A stretch of 64,000 nucleotides of DNA. Source: Ruditapes philippinarum (Eukaryota). The notes beneath the pieces were generated by a model. The model did no database searches. It was not told the DNA's origin and was given only the letters and a program-made list of their open reading frames with translations. Numbering within the stretch: the first letter of the stretch is position 1; each line of letters starts with the position of its first letter. The position numbers were made by a program, and so were the translations under genes. Below are positions 34,701 through 46,271 of the stretch, in pieces. The stretch spans positions 248,001-312,000 of the forward strand of contig NW_026866764.1 of NCBI RefSeq assembly GCF_026571515.1, in the 5' to 3' direction.

Positions 34701-37700
34701 ATGGTTAAACAACATGTTCTGGGAAGTTGGATATATCTTCAATATCTTCTAGTAACTTCATTTTTTTAATTTTGTCTTCCAAACTTGGTACGTTGGTACT
34801 TTTAATGGTCCTCTAACTTTGGATGGAGTTTATTTATTTATTTATCTATTTTCATTTTCCAGACACTATTTATCATCCATACTTGACTCTTAGTTTGTGC
34901 AATTGTTGGTTTATAAAGAATTTATTTTATTTCGATTGTGTAGGAAGCTATAAGCTTATTATAGACACACTTTCGAATCCGTTCCTGAAACCAACCAGTA
35001 CTGAGCAATGAGTGTAAAGTTTCTTGCTCAAGGAATAACGAATAGCCCCTGACGAGGTTTGAACCCATGCGGCTAGCGATCATTAGATTACTAGTCAGAC
35101 GCATTAACCACCCGGCCGTGCCGCCACTTATGCAATTGTTGTTGTTGTTTTTTCAGATTTCGAATTCCTTCTACGGTTTATTCGCGTAAGGAAATACAGT
35201 CAACTCGGGGCTAGGGAGACCCTTGAAAACTACTGGACAAATAGAACTAATGTCCCTGAATGGTTCAAAAACCTCGACCCCGCAGACGAGAAAATACACA
35301 AAGTTCTGCGTACTGGGTAAGTTTCCAAAGTATCAAATATTTCAACGTTTTTATTTTTCAAATTAGAAAAATATTACTATAATCGAATTAATTTGACTAG
35401 CTTGAAATAACTACATTCTTAGTTTCTTTCAAAGTGTAAAAAGGTGGTGAATAGTAGAGATATCGTATAAAGATTGACCATCAGTGTCATAAAAATAAGT
35501 ACACCGTACTTTCGAATTTCGTTGTTTTGATTTTATCAAAACCATAGTGTTATTGTTTTTTATGTGTTTGTTTGTTTCGATACGTCGCGATGTTCTAAAC
35601 GGATCATCGTAGTGTTTTTATAAGTCGGAAATAAATAAATTCATCAGAATCATAAGTTATCCACTTTTGCTAAATCAAGACTCACAAACACGGCAAGATG
35701 ACAATTGACCATTTTACTCAATTTCCTAGTTCAATTGTCAGGCCACCACCCCGAGGATCGAACCAGCGCGCACATAATTGTCAGTCGGACGCTCTCCCAA
35801 AAAAATGAAGTGTTGAGAAAATGTTTCATATGCATGTGTGAAATTTGAATAAAATAATTGCAGAATGATGTACTGTCCAAAGGGATACGACAAACACGGG
35901 CGCAAAGTTATATTTGGGAGCATGGGTAAGTTTCTTTTCTGCAGATCTCGAAAAATATTTCCAATCCTGTCAGGTTTAAATACCTTAAATCAATGGTAGG
36001 GTACTTCGTCATCGCGCATCTGCACGATGCTCCCAATCAAACTTAAGTCAATCTTGGGCGCACCGCATTATTTTTTGATATTCTAACGATTTCTTGATAT
36101 TCTAACGATTTCTTAGAATGAAAAAAAATTCTACGAGTCGACAAAAACAACAACAACAACATAACAGTCCGATTCGGGGCATTTTGCAGGTGCGCGATGG
36201 CGTATCATTCTGCCATTGTTTAATTTTTTCTTGCATAAAAAAATAGTTCTAGCAGTGTTTTCTGCCAATACGTCTGACACATTAACTCATGAACGTGGCC
36301 GCATACTACGGCATATATTTCCATATTATTATTTTTAAGTTTTCAATACAAAAAGAAATGTTAGCAATGCTTGCATAACAATGACATGACAATTATTTCT
36401 TGTAGCTATTAAAATAATACCCATTTTGTAAACATGGGATTAACTTATAGCATATTGATAGATTGATGATTTTTCAAAGAAGAACAACTTCTATTTAATG
36501 TTTCCTTTTTACTTGTTTTCCGTTTGACTTTATTAATTTTGTAATCATTTACAAATGAACCTACAAGTTAAGGAACTATCCTCATTCCTTTACATTTTAT
36601 TTTATAGGGACAAAACTATCTCTTAAATTTTATCATAGATTTATCTTTAAAAAATTATTTTAGAATTGTAAGAACTATTCTTTACATTTTTTATAATAGT
36701 TGGAACTGTCCAATACATTTTATTTTTAAAATAACTGATTTTCATTTTGTAATTTTAAAATGACCAAGGGAAATTCTTCTTATATACAGTCCTTCCCTAT
36801 TATTTTACAGGAAGTCAAACCGATAACAGACGGACTTCGTCCGAAAAAAACCCAGTCCACAATGATCAAAAAGACAAAATGGCGTTGCGAACGCCTGATT
36901 GGACGAAAAGCTACCGCTGCGCTAATCACCAATATTGCTGGTGTCCCAATTATAAATATTGTATTTCATTGTGTCCCATTATATAAATAAATAAGTTTCT
37001 ATTTCTATTACAGACAATATGGACTTGAGTATGATGAAATCTAAAGAAGGACAAGACTTGTTGTACAAAACCAGCTGCCTTCTCTTTGATTGGCTGGCTT
37101 ATGATGAAAAGGCACAAGTGAACGGAGTAGTATTCGTGTCCGACTATACTGGAGCGTCCATGGAATTTATCAAATTTTGGAACCCAGAAGCAGAAAAGAA
37201 AATGTTGGCTTATTTCCAGGTAAATGACACTAAATTTCTTGTTTGGGCTAGGGTTTGNNNNNNNNNNNNNNNNNNNNNNNNNNNNNNNNNNNNNNNNNNN
37301 NNNNNNNNNNNNNNNNNNNNNNNNNNNNNNNNNNNNNNNNNNNNNNNNNNNNNNNNNNNNNNNNNNNNNNNNNNNNNNNNNNNNNNNNNNNNNNNNNNNN
37401 NNNNNNNCATTTTTGAGAGAAATAAAAAAACATTTAATTTGATCTATTTGAACTTTTATTTAAACTAATAAAATGAAATAGTTACCCATTAAGTTAGCAA
37501 TATAAAAATTTAAAGATTAGAATTATATTTTCTTTTGCAATTTTGTATTTTCGTCAAGTGAAATGTTGAAATTCAATAAATAAAGTTAGATAGATCAATA
37601 ATACTAAATTCGATAGGTAATAAGCTATAATTATACTAAAACTTTACGCGTTGACTCTGCAAAGATCTTGGAGTGTAGGAGTAATATTTGAACTGTAATG

Positions 37701-40051
37701 TATTTTCATAACAAGGATTTATTAATATGTGCAATACTATTTATTTGTATAGAAATCGTTACCCATGCGGTTCAAGGCATTCCATTTGTACAAGATGCCT
37801 GCTTTCATCGATGCTTTGTTTGCCATCATATCACCTTTTATGAGCCAAAAGTTTAAGGACAGGGTAAGATTGCTATAAAACATTTATTACCAACACAGTT
37901 TTAGTTTAATTTTAGACTGTATTGTCATATATTTTTCTTGCAAAGGATACAAGTCTTGCTTACAAACGACATGTGGGGCGTCCGCGGCCGAGTGGTTTAG
38001 GTCGTTGACTTCAAATCACTTGCCCCTCACCGCTGTGGGTTCGAATCCCGACTGGGACTTTGGATTCTTTTATGTGAAGAAGCTTTCCAGCTAGCTTACG
38101 GAACGTCGGGGGTTCTACTCAGGTGCACGTTCGTGTCTAAAACAATGCACAGAAGGGCACCTGAGGTCTTCCTCCACCAGTAAATCTGGAACGTTGCGAT
38201 ATGACCTATACTGTGTCGATGTGATGTAAAACCAAAAACAAACAAACAAACGACATGCCTTTCATTTTAGTTGTACGTATTCTATGAAAGTTATCTCGCT
38301 TTAGTAATGAGAAAAATGGTGAAATTTTCCTGTTTGGATGTAGTGCATTATTGCATGACATCCATTCACTGGACATTTTAATAGATAAATCATGCTTTTC
38401 CGGTTAATAATAAATTCTAACTCTTGAGCTGCTTGAACTGAAAAGTTTTAAGCATTTTATCTTCAATTCTTGATAACCTCAACATTGACAATGGACAGTT
38501 TCAAATGTAGAAGCTGGTCAAATGATACTCAAATCCATTTATGAAATTCCCTTGTTTATGACATGATTGTGAGAAGGCAATAATCTATGTTTATATATAT
38601 ACCAGCTAATTTGGTTAGATTTTAGTATATTTAAAAGTAGTCAAAGATATAACCCTTTGCCTACTGAATTCGTGTATTGGACATTTCCTTCTTTGAATTT
38701 AGAACGGTTCATTAATGGATTAAAGGGACTCAACTAAGGTTTATTGGCGTGACGGTACTAGAAATATTTTTTCCGAGATCAATGTTCCAATTGATGTAGG
38801 TCTAGACTAAAAACTTTTGTGCAAAATTTCAGATCATTCACTCACTCCGTTTTTCCAAAATAATCATTTTAGTTATCTGGTCTTTTCTGATGGCAAAGTC
38901 AAAATAACATTCGGTTATAGACGAACATAGATTTCATTATCTTAAGAAAGCCTTTTTGACACCAGTGTTGAGTTAACATTTTGTTCTTTTTTAAGATGCA
39001 CTCACATGGTAAAAGTTTAGTAAAGATATACGAGGAACTTGGCATGGAAGTGTTCCCTGATGAATATTTACCTGACGATTATGAAGGTCCTTCAGCCGGA
39101 ACTAGACAGGAAATCATTGGTAAAAGTCATTCTTAAGAATTGTACACTTTATTTGTTTTATATATATTCTCTTTGTAAAAAGAATGTATCATACATATAC
39201 ATGTATATGATTTTTATAGGCCCATTATGCCTCAAAAATTCATTATTTTTCAATTCTTTACAGTCGAAATGTCAAACTTTTGTTAAATAATGGAGTCAAA
39301 GCATGTTGGTTGTTTTATAACTGAGTACATTAGTCGTGGAAGTTATGTGTTGTAAATGTAACAAAATGTAAGCAAAGTAGTATTTTGACTTCCATACAAA
39401 ATACTGTTTCATTATAATTACCCCTATTGCCAAAAGTAAAAATGGTAGAAGATAGTTCATGAATATTACTACTTAGTATGTTGGTGGAAACTGTTACAAG
39501 ATACCAAAAATAAAGTTTAAAAAAATATGATAGCATTTCTGATGCACAATGGGCCTTTCAGTATTAAAAATAACATGTTTCTCTATTAATTTAATGGCAT
39601 TGGTAAACAATTGTCACGGATTTCATTTTAGAATTTAGTGATGATTCGAGATCATCCATTCCAATATCTTTTAATGTTTAAGATGTAATATCGCTGAAGC
39701 CGGTGCTAGGGGGTCTGAGAGTTGTCGCCCCTTCCATTACTTCTCAAAATGAATGTGGAATATTTAGATTTTTGTTGTTGTTTTTTTTTGTAGGTTGTTG
39801 TTGTTTTTGTGCTTTCATTGCACTCGAAAGATCTCTTTTTCAAAATCATAAGATTTCAAAAACTTTTTTATCAAACTAACATGATACATGTTTCCCATGT
39901 TACAGAACAAAATATTCAAGATATACAGAAAGAAGAATTCAGGAAATACATGTTGGAAATGTCTAGTGGTAAATATTACGTGGACACAGAAAAAAGAAAA
40001 TCCGCGGAGAAACCTCCCGAGGCCTCCTTCAGAAAACTAAATGTGGACTGA
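31791..40051 (+). CDS. CRAL-TRIO (alpha-TTP/clavesin/pinta-like) lipid-binding protein, paralogue B, intact, 324 aa
   Basis: Exons 31791-31806, 34008-34157, 35157-35316, 35864-35925, 37014-37219, 37753-37863, 38996-39119 and 39906-40051 total 975 nt. All junctions are GT-AG and phase-consistent. Contains PMRFKAFHL and ends SFRKLNVD. Confidence 0.95.
32890..33690. repeat. Minisatellite with alternating ~65-bp and ~52-bp units
   Basis: Core TCAAGAGTTTTTGTG(T)nCTGGTCCATATATGTCG(T/A)AATGCGAGTGGTTGTGCG, with or without ATAGTTTCAAGCG. Diverged units lie at both edges. Confidence 0.92.
34920..35128 (-). mobile_element. tRNA-derived CORE-like SINE
   Basis: Minus strand reads GGCCGGGTGGTTAATGCG...GGTTCAAACC...TCCTTGAGCAAGAAACTTTAC...AGTACTGGTTGGTTTCAGGAACGGATTCGA, then an A-rich tail. 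Confidence 0.85.
35992..36217. mobile_element. Degenerate MITE (imperfect ~47-bp TIRs)
   Basis: AATGGTAG..CGTCATCGCGCATCTGCA pairs with TGCAGGTGCGCGATGGCG..CTGCCATT. Confidence 0.55.
37258..37407. other. Assembly gap (150 N) in intron 5 of paralogue B
   Basis: Run of N. Confidence 1.
37974..38245 (+). mobile_element. Full-length tRNA-derived SINE with 12-bp TSD
   Basis: Box A GGCCGAGTGG, box B GGTTCGAATCCC and (CAAA)n tail. TSD ACAAACGACATG at 37962-37973 and 38246-38257. Confidence 0.93.
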
Positions 40052-40116
40052 TTGTTCAACAAAACAAACATTATTTGTCGGACGAAAAAAGACGAAAATA
40101 TGAACACATTTATTAT

Positions 40117-40468
40117 ATAGAGGATATTGAATGAGTGTAAGTTCAATACTGAATTTATTGCACGAGTTGAATAAAATTATATTATGCGAGCCTCTGGCGA
40201 GCATAATATTATTTTATTCAACGAGTGCAATAAATTCAGTATGGAACTTACACGAATTTAATATTCTATTTATCACATACCCAAAATAAATACCGTTTAA
40301 AGTGAAATAAGAGTCATTTTTCATTGACGCGTCTATAGTATAACGCTAACATTTAGCGCGTCTTTACACTATGTTTGTATAACGCTAATGACGTCACGTC
40401 AAAATATATGCACGGCCGTGCAATACCATTTTTACGGAGTCGCAAAATCGGCACGGGTGTGTGATAAA
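40117..40468 (+). mobile_element. Hairpin-IR element family D, intact ~350-bp copy (putative non-autonomous Crypton)
   Basis: Hairpin 40117-40269 with three tandem GA/GA mismatches. IRs at 40269-40282 and 40455-40468. Confidence 0.88.
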
Positions 40469-41953
40469 CATGTATATATGTATATTGCAGTGTTGATAAA
40501 ATAACATTAAGTTTTATCTCATATTCAAAAACTTTTGTAATTTTGCCAAATTATATGGGGTTTTCCCCAAAATCACAGATCTCAGAGCGGACCATGTCCT
40601 TTCACTTTCAGAATTCCATTAATTATTAGAAGTATTCTACACTCTTCTAAACGCGTTGAAGGAAAAACTGTAGGGTTGCCTTAAGATGGTCCAAGTTTAT
40701 TAATCTACAATAATACAAATGAATTTAATGTAAGAGGGAATAAAGATTATTTATTTAAACATATATGGACTGCTTGGACTGAAAGTGGTTAGCCTTTGCC
40801 ACCAGAATCCATGCAGTCTGACAAGATTTTATGCAGGAAGCTGTCAAACTTCAACTTGCTAACCCAAAAGTTCCTAAAATTGAAGCATATTTAGTCAAAC
40901 ACTTAAAATTCTTGAAAATTCCATGACACAGTTGAAACCTCATAACTTGATATCTCGTAAAAATTCTCTTTCTTTATATAGATACATGTATTTAATGTTC
41001 ACGTGCTCCCAACATGTACAACAGATTGTTTTTTTCTATTGATATAAAGTCTTCATCAGACTCAAAAATCATATCATCTTGTTTCTTTATCATGCATAAT
41101 AAAATTTTGATGTAGCGGTTATATGTTTTTGTTGTTGATGATTTTATTGTTATAATTTATGTTGTGGCATTGCGTTTTTCCCATTTGTTGCATAATGCAT
41201 TAGGCTTCTTTATATTGAATTATGCAAGATGCACTTTTTTATTGATTTTGCTTCTGTCCGGAAATATATATACATGATTATGTTTTGCTAATAACAAAAA
41301 AATGCTTTTGTTATAAAAGTTATTATGCTTTATCTTATGTACAAGCATATCTTGAAACTCGACAAATTAGGTTTTAAAATTGATTTGATTTATATATTGG
41401 TTCGAATATTTTAGTTATGTGACTGTAACAAATGTGCCTTCAAACTTTACAAAGGGCATGTCTCGCATCAGTTTCATATATGAAATGCACAAATGTTCCG
41501 TTTAGTTAATCCTGTTCATGGATGGTAGTTTTCATTGCATGTTACCGTCAACGCTCCCTAGCACCGGCTTAAACAGAATTAACATTGAAGCATAAAAATG
41601 GTTATTTAGCCAAACCCTGCTACAAGTTTTTTTCAAATGAACCATTCCTTCGACAGATACAATGATCTTGTATATCAAATACTTGATGAATTCTGTACAA
41701 AAATATTTAACCTCAACTTACATAACAATACTTTATTTCAATGAATATTTACATATGTATATTTACAACATTGGTTGAAAAAATGCAAATTTGAGTAAAC
41801 AATAAATTTTCCTTTCACTAAGAAAACATAAGGCGAAATGCAAATGAACACTTCTTTGTTAACAAATAAATATATATAAACAAATGAAAGCATATGAAAA
41901 AGGAACAACTATTTACGAATTTGAAAGACAATGTATTAGAGTCTCAGAATTTC

Positions 41954-43093
41954 TTAAAAACATTTCCTATGTACAATACCCGGTCCACATTCGTCGTACT
42001 CTTGTTTAGAGATCCACATTTGACTGAAATTAGTTAGAGAAGATAAAATAGAACCACCAATCCACACAGAGTACTTCCGCTCTGGTGGCGCAATGACCTT
42101 GACCTTCATAGAGCTGGGAACCAAATTGTCTAATTCACATTTCATTCTATCTGCAAGGCCGGGAAACATTGTTGACCCTCCTGAGAGTACGACATTTGAT
42201 AAAAGATCTTTTCTTATGTCTATATCAGATTTCATAACACTGTTGTAAAGTAGTTCGTGTATTCCTGCACTCTCCATTCCAATAAAAGATGGTTGGAAAA
42301 GTGATTCAACACAGCGGAAACGTTCGTTGCCAATAGTAATAACTTGTCCATCCGGAAGTTCGTAGCTTTTCTCTATCTGAGAAGAACTTGCTGCGACATT
42401 CATTTCCTGTTCAAAGTCTAAAGCGGCATAACACAATTGCTCTTTGATATCGCGAACTATTTCCATTTCGGAGGAAGATGTGAAACTGTATCCGCGTTCA
42501 TTTAAAATTCTTGACAAGTATTTTGAAAGGTCACGACCTGCAAGATTTACACGTTCAACGGCATGTGGTAAAGCATAACCTTCGTAAATCGGTACCACGT
42601 GAGATACCCCATCACCGATGTCTAACACCACACCTGTTGTCCTCCCGCTGGCATATAATGATAGAACTGCTTGTATTGACACGTAGAAAGAAGGTATGTT
42701 GAAGTTTTCGAACATAATTTCTGTCATTCTCTCTCTATTAGCTTTCGGGTTTAATGGCGCTTCAGTGAGTAGTACCGGATGTTCTTCAGGAGCCACACGA
42801 AGTTCATTATAGAATGTGTGGTGCCAAATTTTCTCCATATCGTCCCAGTTAGTGACAATACCGTGTTCAATAGGGTATTTTATAGACAAAACACCCCTAT
42901 CGTTCTGGGCTTCCTCGCCAATGTACGTATCCTTACCGCCCATCCCCGCCATCCAAATATCATACTTCGGGTGACCTGTAATTGCAGGGAACACGGCTCT
43001 AGGTGCGTCGTCACCTGCAAAGCCGGCCTTACACATTCCGGAGCCATTGTCAATCACAATGCCGGCAATATCATCGTCGTAGCCAAAAGTCAT
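41954..43093 (-). CDS. act: Actin (moderately divergent, 379 aa), intronless CDS
   Basis: Full set of actin motifs: [63 protein letters not shown] and IVHRKCF. 5'UTR intron 43357-43103 (GTAAGT...TTTCAG). Confidence 0.98.
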
Positions 43094-43454
43094 TGTTTAT
43101 TTCTGAAAATACATGTAAATATAAATGCGGGTAATAGTCTGTTAATACAAAATATATTTAAACATCGGTTAAAATAATAAAATCTATCCGGAGATTGAGA
43201 CGATACATTGGGTACTTAATATATTTCTAGCTTAATTATATCTAAAGAATACATAAAGAAAAAAATATTTTCTGCTTTAAAAAAGCAAAGAAATGAAAGC
43301 TATTTATGAAAATTGAAAATGGATGTAAGAATTTCTTAATATCCTTACTTTACTTACCTATTTGTCTTTTTATTTACTAAAATATATATGAATATACTCC
43401 GCAAACTGCTTTGATGTGCCTTGGGATACGAATATACAGCAGTAGATACCCTGT

Positions 43455-43970
43455 CTATTTTTATATAGTCGGCGATATTTGTTGACACCCTAAAATGCGT
43501 CAGAAAGTTTGTCATTCATATTTTCTGCGAAAGATGACCCTATATGGTTAAATCATTATACTCGCGTTCTTATTTTTACCTGTGACCTACAATATTAACA
43601 TAGTTACTAAATATAGAAATGATAGTATACTTCCCGCGAAAGCCTCGTCACTGCAAAAAAATAATCAAGGTAGATTCTATTACAGGAAGAATTTTAAATA
43701 ATACCATTTTCACCAATAAATATCAATACTGAAAATAACAGAATATATATAATAAATGTATACGTTCTATAAAGAAGTATTTAAGTATTATAATTAATAT
43801 TTATAATATTGGCTGTCGCCATCTGAATGTAAAGCAGTGTAGCTACCTGTGGCTTAACGAGGCATAGGAATCTAAATATAGCCATATATACATTATTTGT
43901 TATGATAATCTATTTATAGCTTAAAAGCTCTTATTCGTATATAATTATGAGATTTACCATATATGGACAG
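43455..43970 (-). promoter_or_regulatory. Promoter of the minus-strand actin: TATA box plus CArG boxes
   Basis: TATAAAAA on the minus strand at ~43458-43465, CArG-like CCATATAGGG (minus) at 43538-43547, and a perfect CArG CCATATATGG at 43957-43966. Confidence 0.6.
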
Positions 43971-45124
43971 GCAGATTCAAGTTATTAATTGTTGTCTATT
44001 ATACACAAATACGACTGTAAAGACATAAACATGTTGTTTATCGTCACTATCTAGCAAACATAGAGATCTTTTTAGTGTTATACACATCATATTTTAAAAA
44101 AAAATCATTGGTAGGCAAATATGTTATTGTTGTTATTTTTTTAATCAATTTAAGAAATTTTCAATTACCTGCTATCAGATTTTCTAATATAATGCTGTAA
44201 AGTTCTGTCTGTCTATTTTGTACGCATAGACCATTGTAACCCTGGCCCTAACGTACACCGGCAGTGTGCAGGTTCTATCCGTGTGTATACATTAGTCACT
44301 GACCCCGACCACGGGACACTGAAAGATTACATCCATCAGTTCCCGCCATGCAATGTCAATTTATGTTTTGCTTTTGGCGCCAAAATAGCTGGAGTATGTG
44401 GGAATCGTAACCGTAAGGCGGTGCCTTTTCCCTGCAATTCTCAGGAAAGGGGACCGAGGTAATGATTAGCTGGTTCATTGTCAAAGGAAAAAAAGAACAA
44501 TAAAATAGATAATAAGCAAGTGTTATGCGTTATATTCTTTATTAGTAACAAAAACCGTTGATCATCATCCCTATAAAGCGGAGGTCATTAAATTGTGCAA
44601 CAAAAACTTATCTTACATTTTGCCGCATTGTAACATTGCTCGGCATTGTACATGTAACGATACTATTACAAACATAAAATATCATACTTTTACTCTGGGC
44701 ATCGTTATATACAAAAAGAAAAACGTACAATTTTAATGAATAAACATTTTTATCAAAGTACATTTATACTTTTACACTACAGATAATGTGGCTGTTCTGA
44801 ACTTTAAGATAATATTAGATGAACTTTAAAATAATAGAGACCTTCATAGTTGACAATAGAGAAATTCATAGTTGCATTTATAGTATTATTCCATTTTATC
44901 ACCACCAAAATTTAATGTTGCTTTATTGATATTATTTTCGGTGAATAAATACATAATCTTTAACAAAGTTCGGCACACTTTGAGCATTTTTGAACAATTG
45001 AATGCAATGTATGTTTTAGTTAGGGCTATCATATGCCATTTATAGAATATTTTGTACAATTCTTTATTAACTTCATTTGTTGGTTTTTAAATGCCTTAAA
45101 TGTTATTTCAACAAAATTATAATT

Positions 45125-45625
45125 CACTATATGGTATGTAAGTATGTACTATCCGTATATGGGTAACTTATTATTTTATATTTAGACGATCTATTTATAG
45201 ATTTAATGCTCGGGTAGTTACACTGCTCAACATAATTTTTTTTTATCATAATCGGAAATACTTTTATCATCTAAATTAACAGGATAGAATTAAATTTGCA
45301 GCAAAATTATATTATTTTAAAAAAATGTTACTTCGTATAGAAAAGAATTATGACATTTTATATAACCATCTACCAGTAGTGCATAGTTTCATCTACAAGC
45401 AGTATACAATCATATCTATTTTTAGCATATCTATTTTAAGTAACACGTTCAAACAATGATTAACCGTACTGTATATGGGCTGGATGAAAAATAAAAGTAT
45501 GTCACAGACAAAAATAAAAGCATGAACAATAAAGATTACCATATAGGGTTAAAATTCGTAGAAAAGCTCCATGTAATTTATTGACTATGACACATTCGCA
45601 AATAGATGCTAACATATAAATATGC
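45125..45625 (+). promoter_or_regulatory. Promoter of the plus-strand actin: CArG-like boxes plus TATA
   Basis: CCGTATATGG at 45153, CCATATAGGG at 45539-45548 and TATAAATA at 45616-45623. 5'UTR donor GTAAG at 45707 and acceptor at 46261-46262. Confidence 0.6.
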
Positions 45626-46271
45626 GCGTCTTTACGGTAATTTGCATTATTAACAAACTTTCAGCTGTAAACGTTATATATACGAATATATAATTCTTAA
45701 TTTGAGGTAAGAAAATTTTTGTGTTCGATACTTTGAAATATTTTTATTATTATTATTCTTATTGTATATGATTTCTAAAATTTATATTAAGTGTTTGCTT
45801 ATATTTTGTCATAGAAGATAATTTATACCTCGAGTTAGTGAAACACTGTTTCTTTTTTTTATAATTTAGATTAATGAAATATATCAGTTTTGTGGAAAGT
45901 TTTGAATAAGCTATTTTGCATACTAAGTAATTTTAATGACATATTATTTGTAGCTCGTTAATACACTTTGTTTAAATCAACTTTGGTTATACTATTGGCT
46001 GAAATTTATATATAGTAGATCACTACATACAGTTTCGATATTTTCTACTAGCAACGAACTTTTGATTTTATATAGCTGTATATCTAATAAAAATTAGAAT
46101 ATTACTGATAAGGAGCAGAAAAGTGTCTCTGATTTTTATTTATTACAGCTATAATTTTTAAGTGCCATGAAATGGTCCCTCCCGGGTAATCACCATCATT
46201 TTATCGCACGTGCTATTCTTTGCGAGCATTAATTGATTAAAACGTGTAATTCTAATTTTCAGAAATAAACA

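Noticed and set aside
37975-38055. tRNA gene
   Set aside because: The A/B boxes continue into a SINE body, (CAAA)n tail and 12-bp TSD. The other tRNA-like heads (7454, 22704, 29320, 35128, 63492) are also SINE heads.
14228-40051. CRAL-TRIO pair as a false (haplotype) duplication
   Set aside because: Introns and flanks differ in sequence and TE content, and exons carry many silent differences, consistent with a real older duplication.
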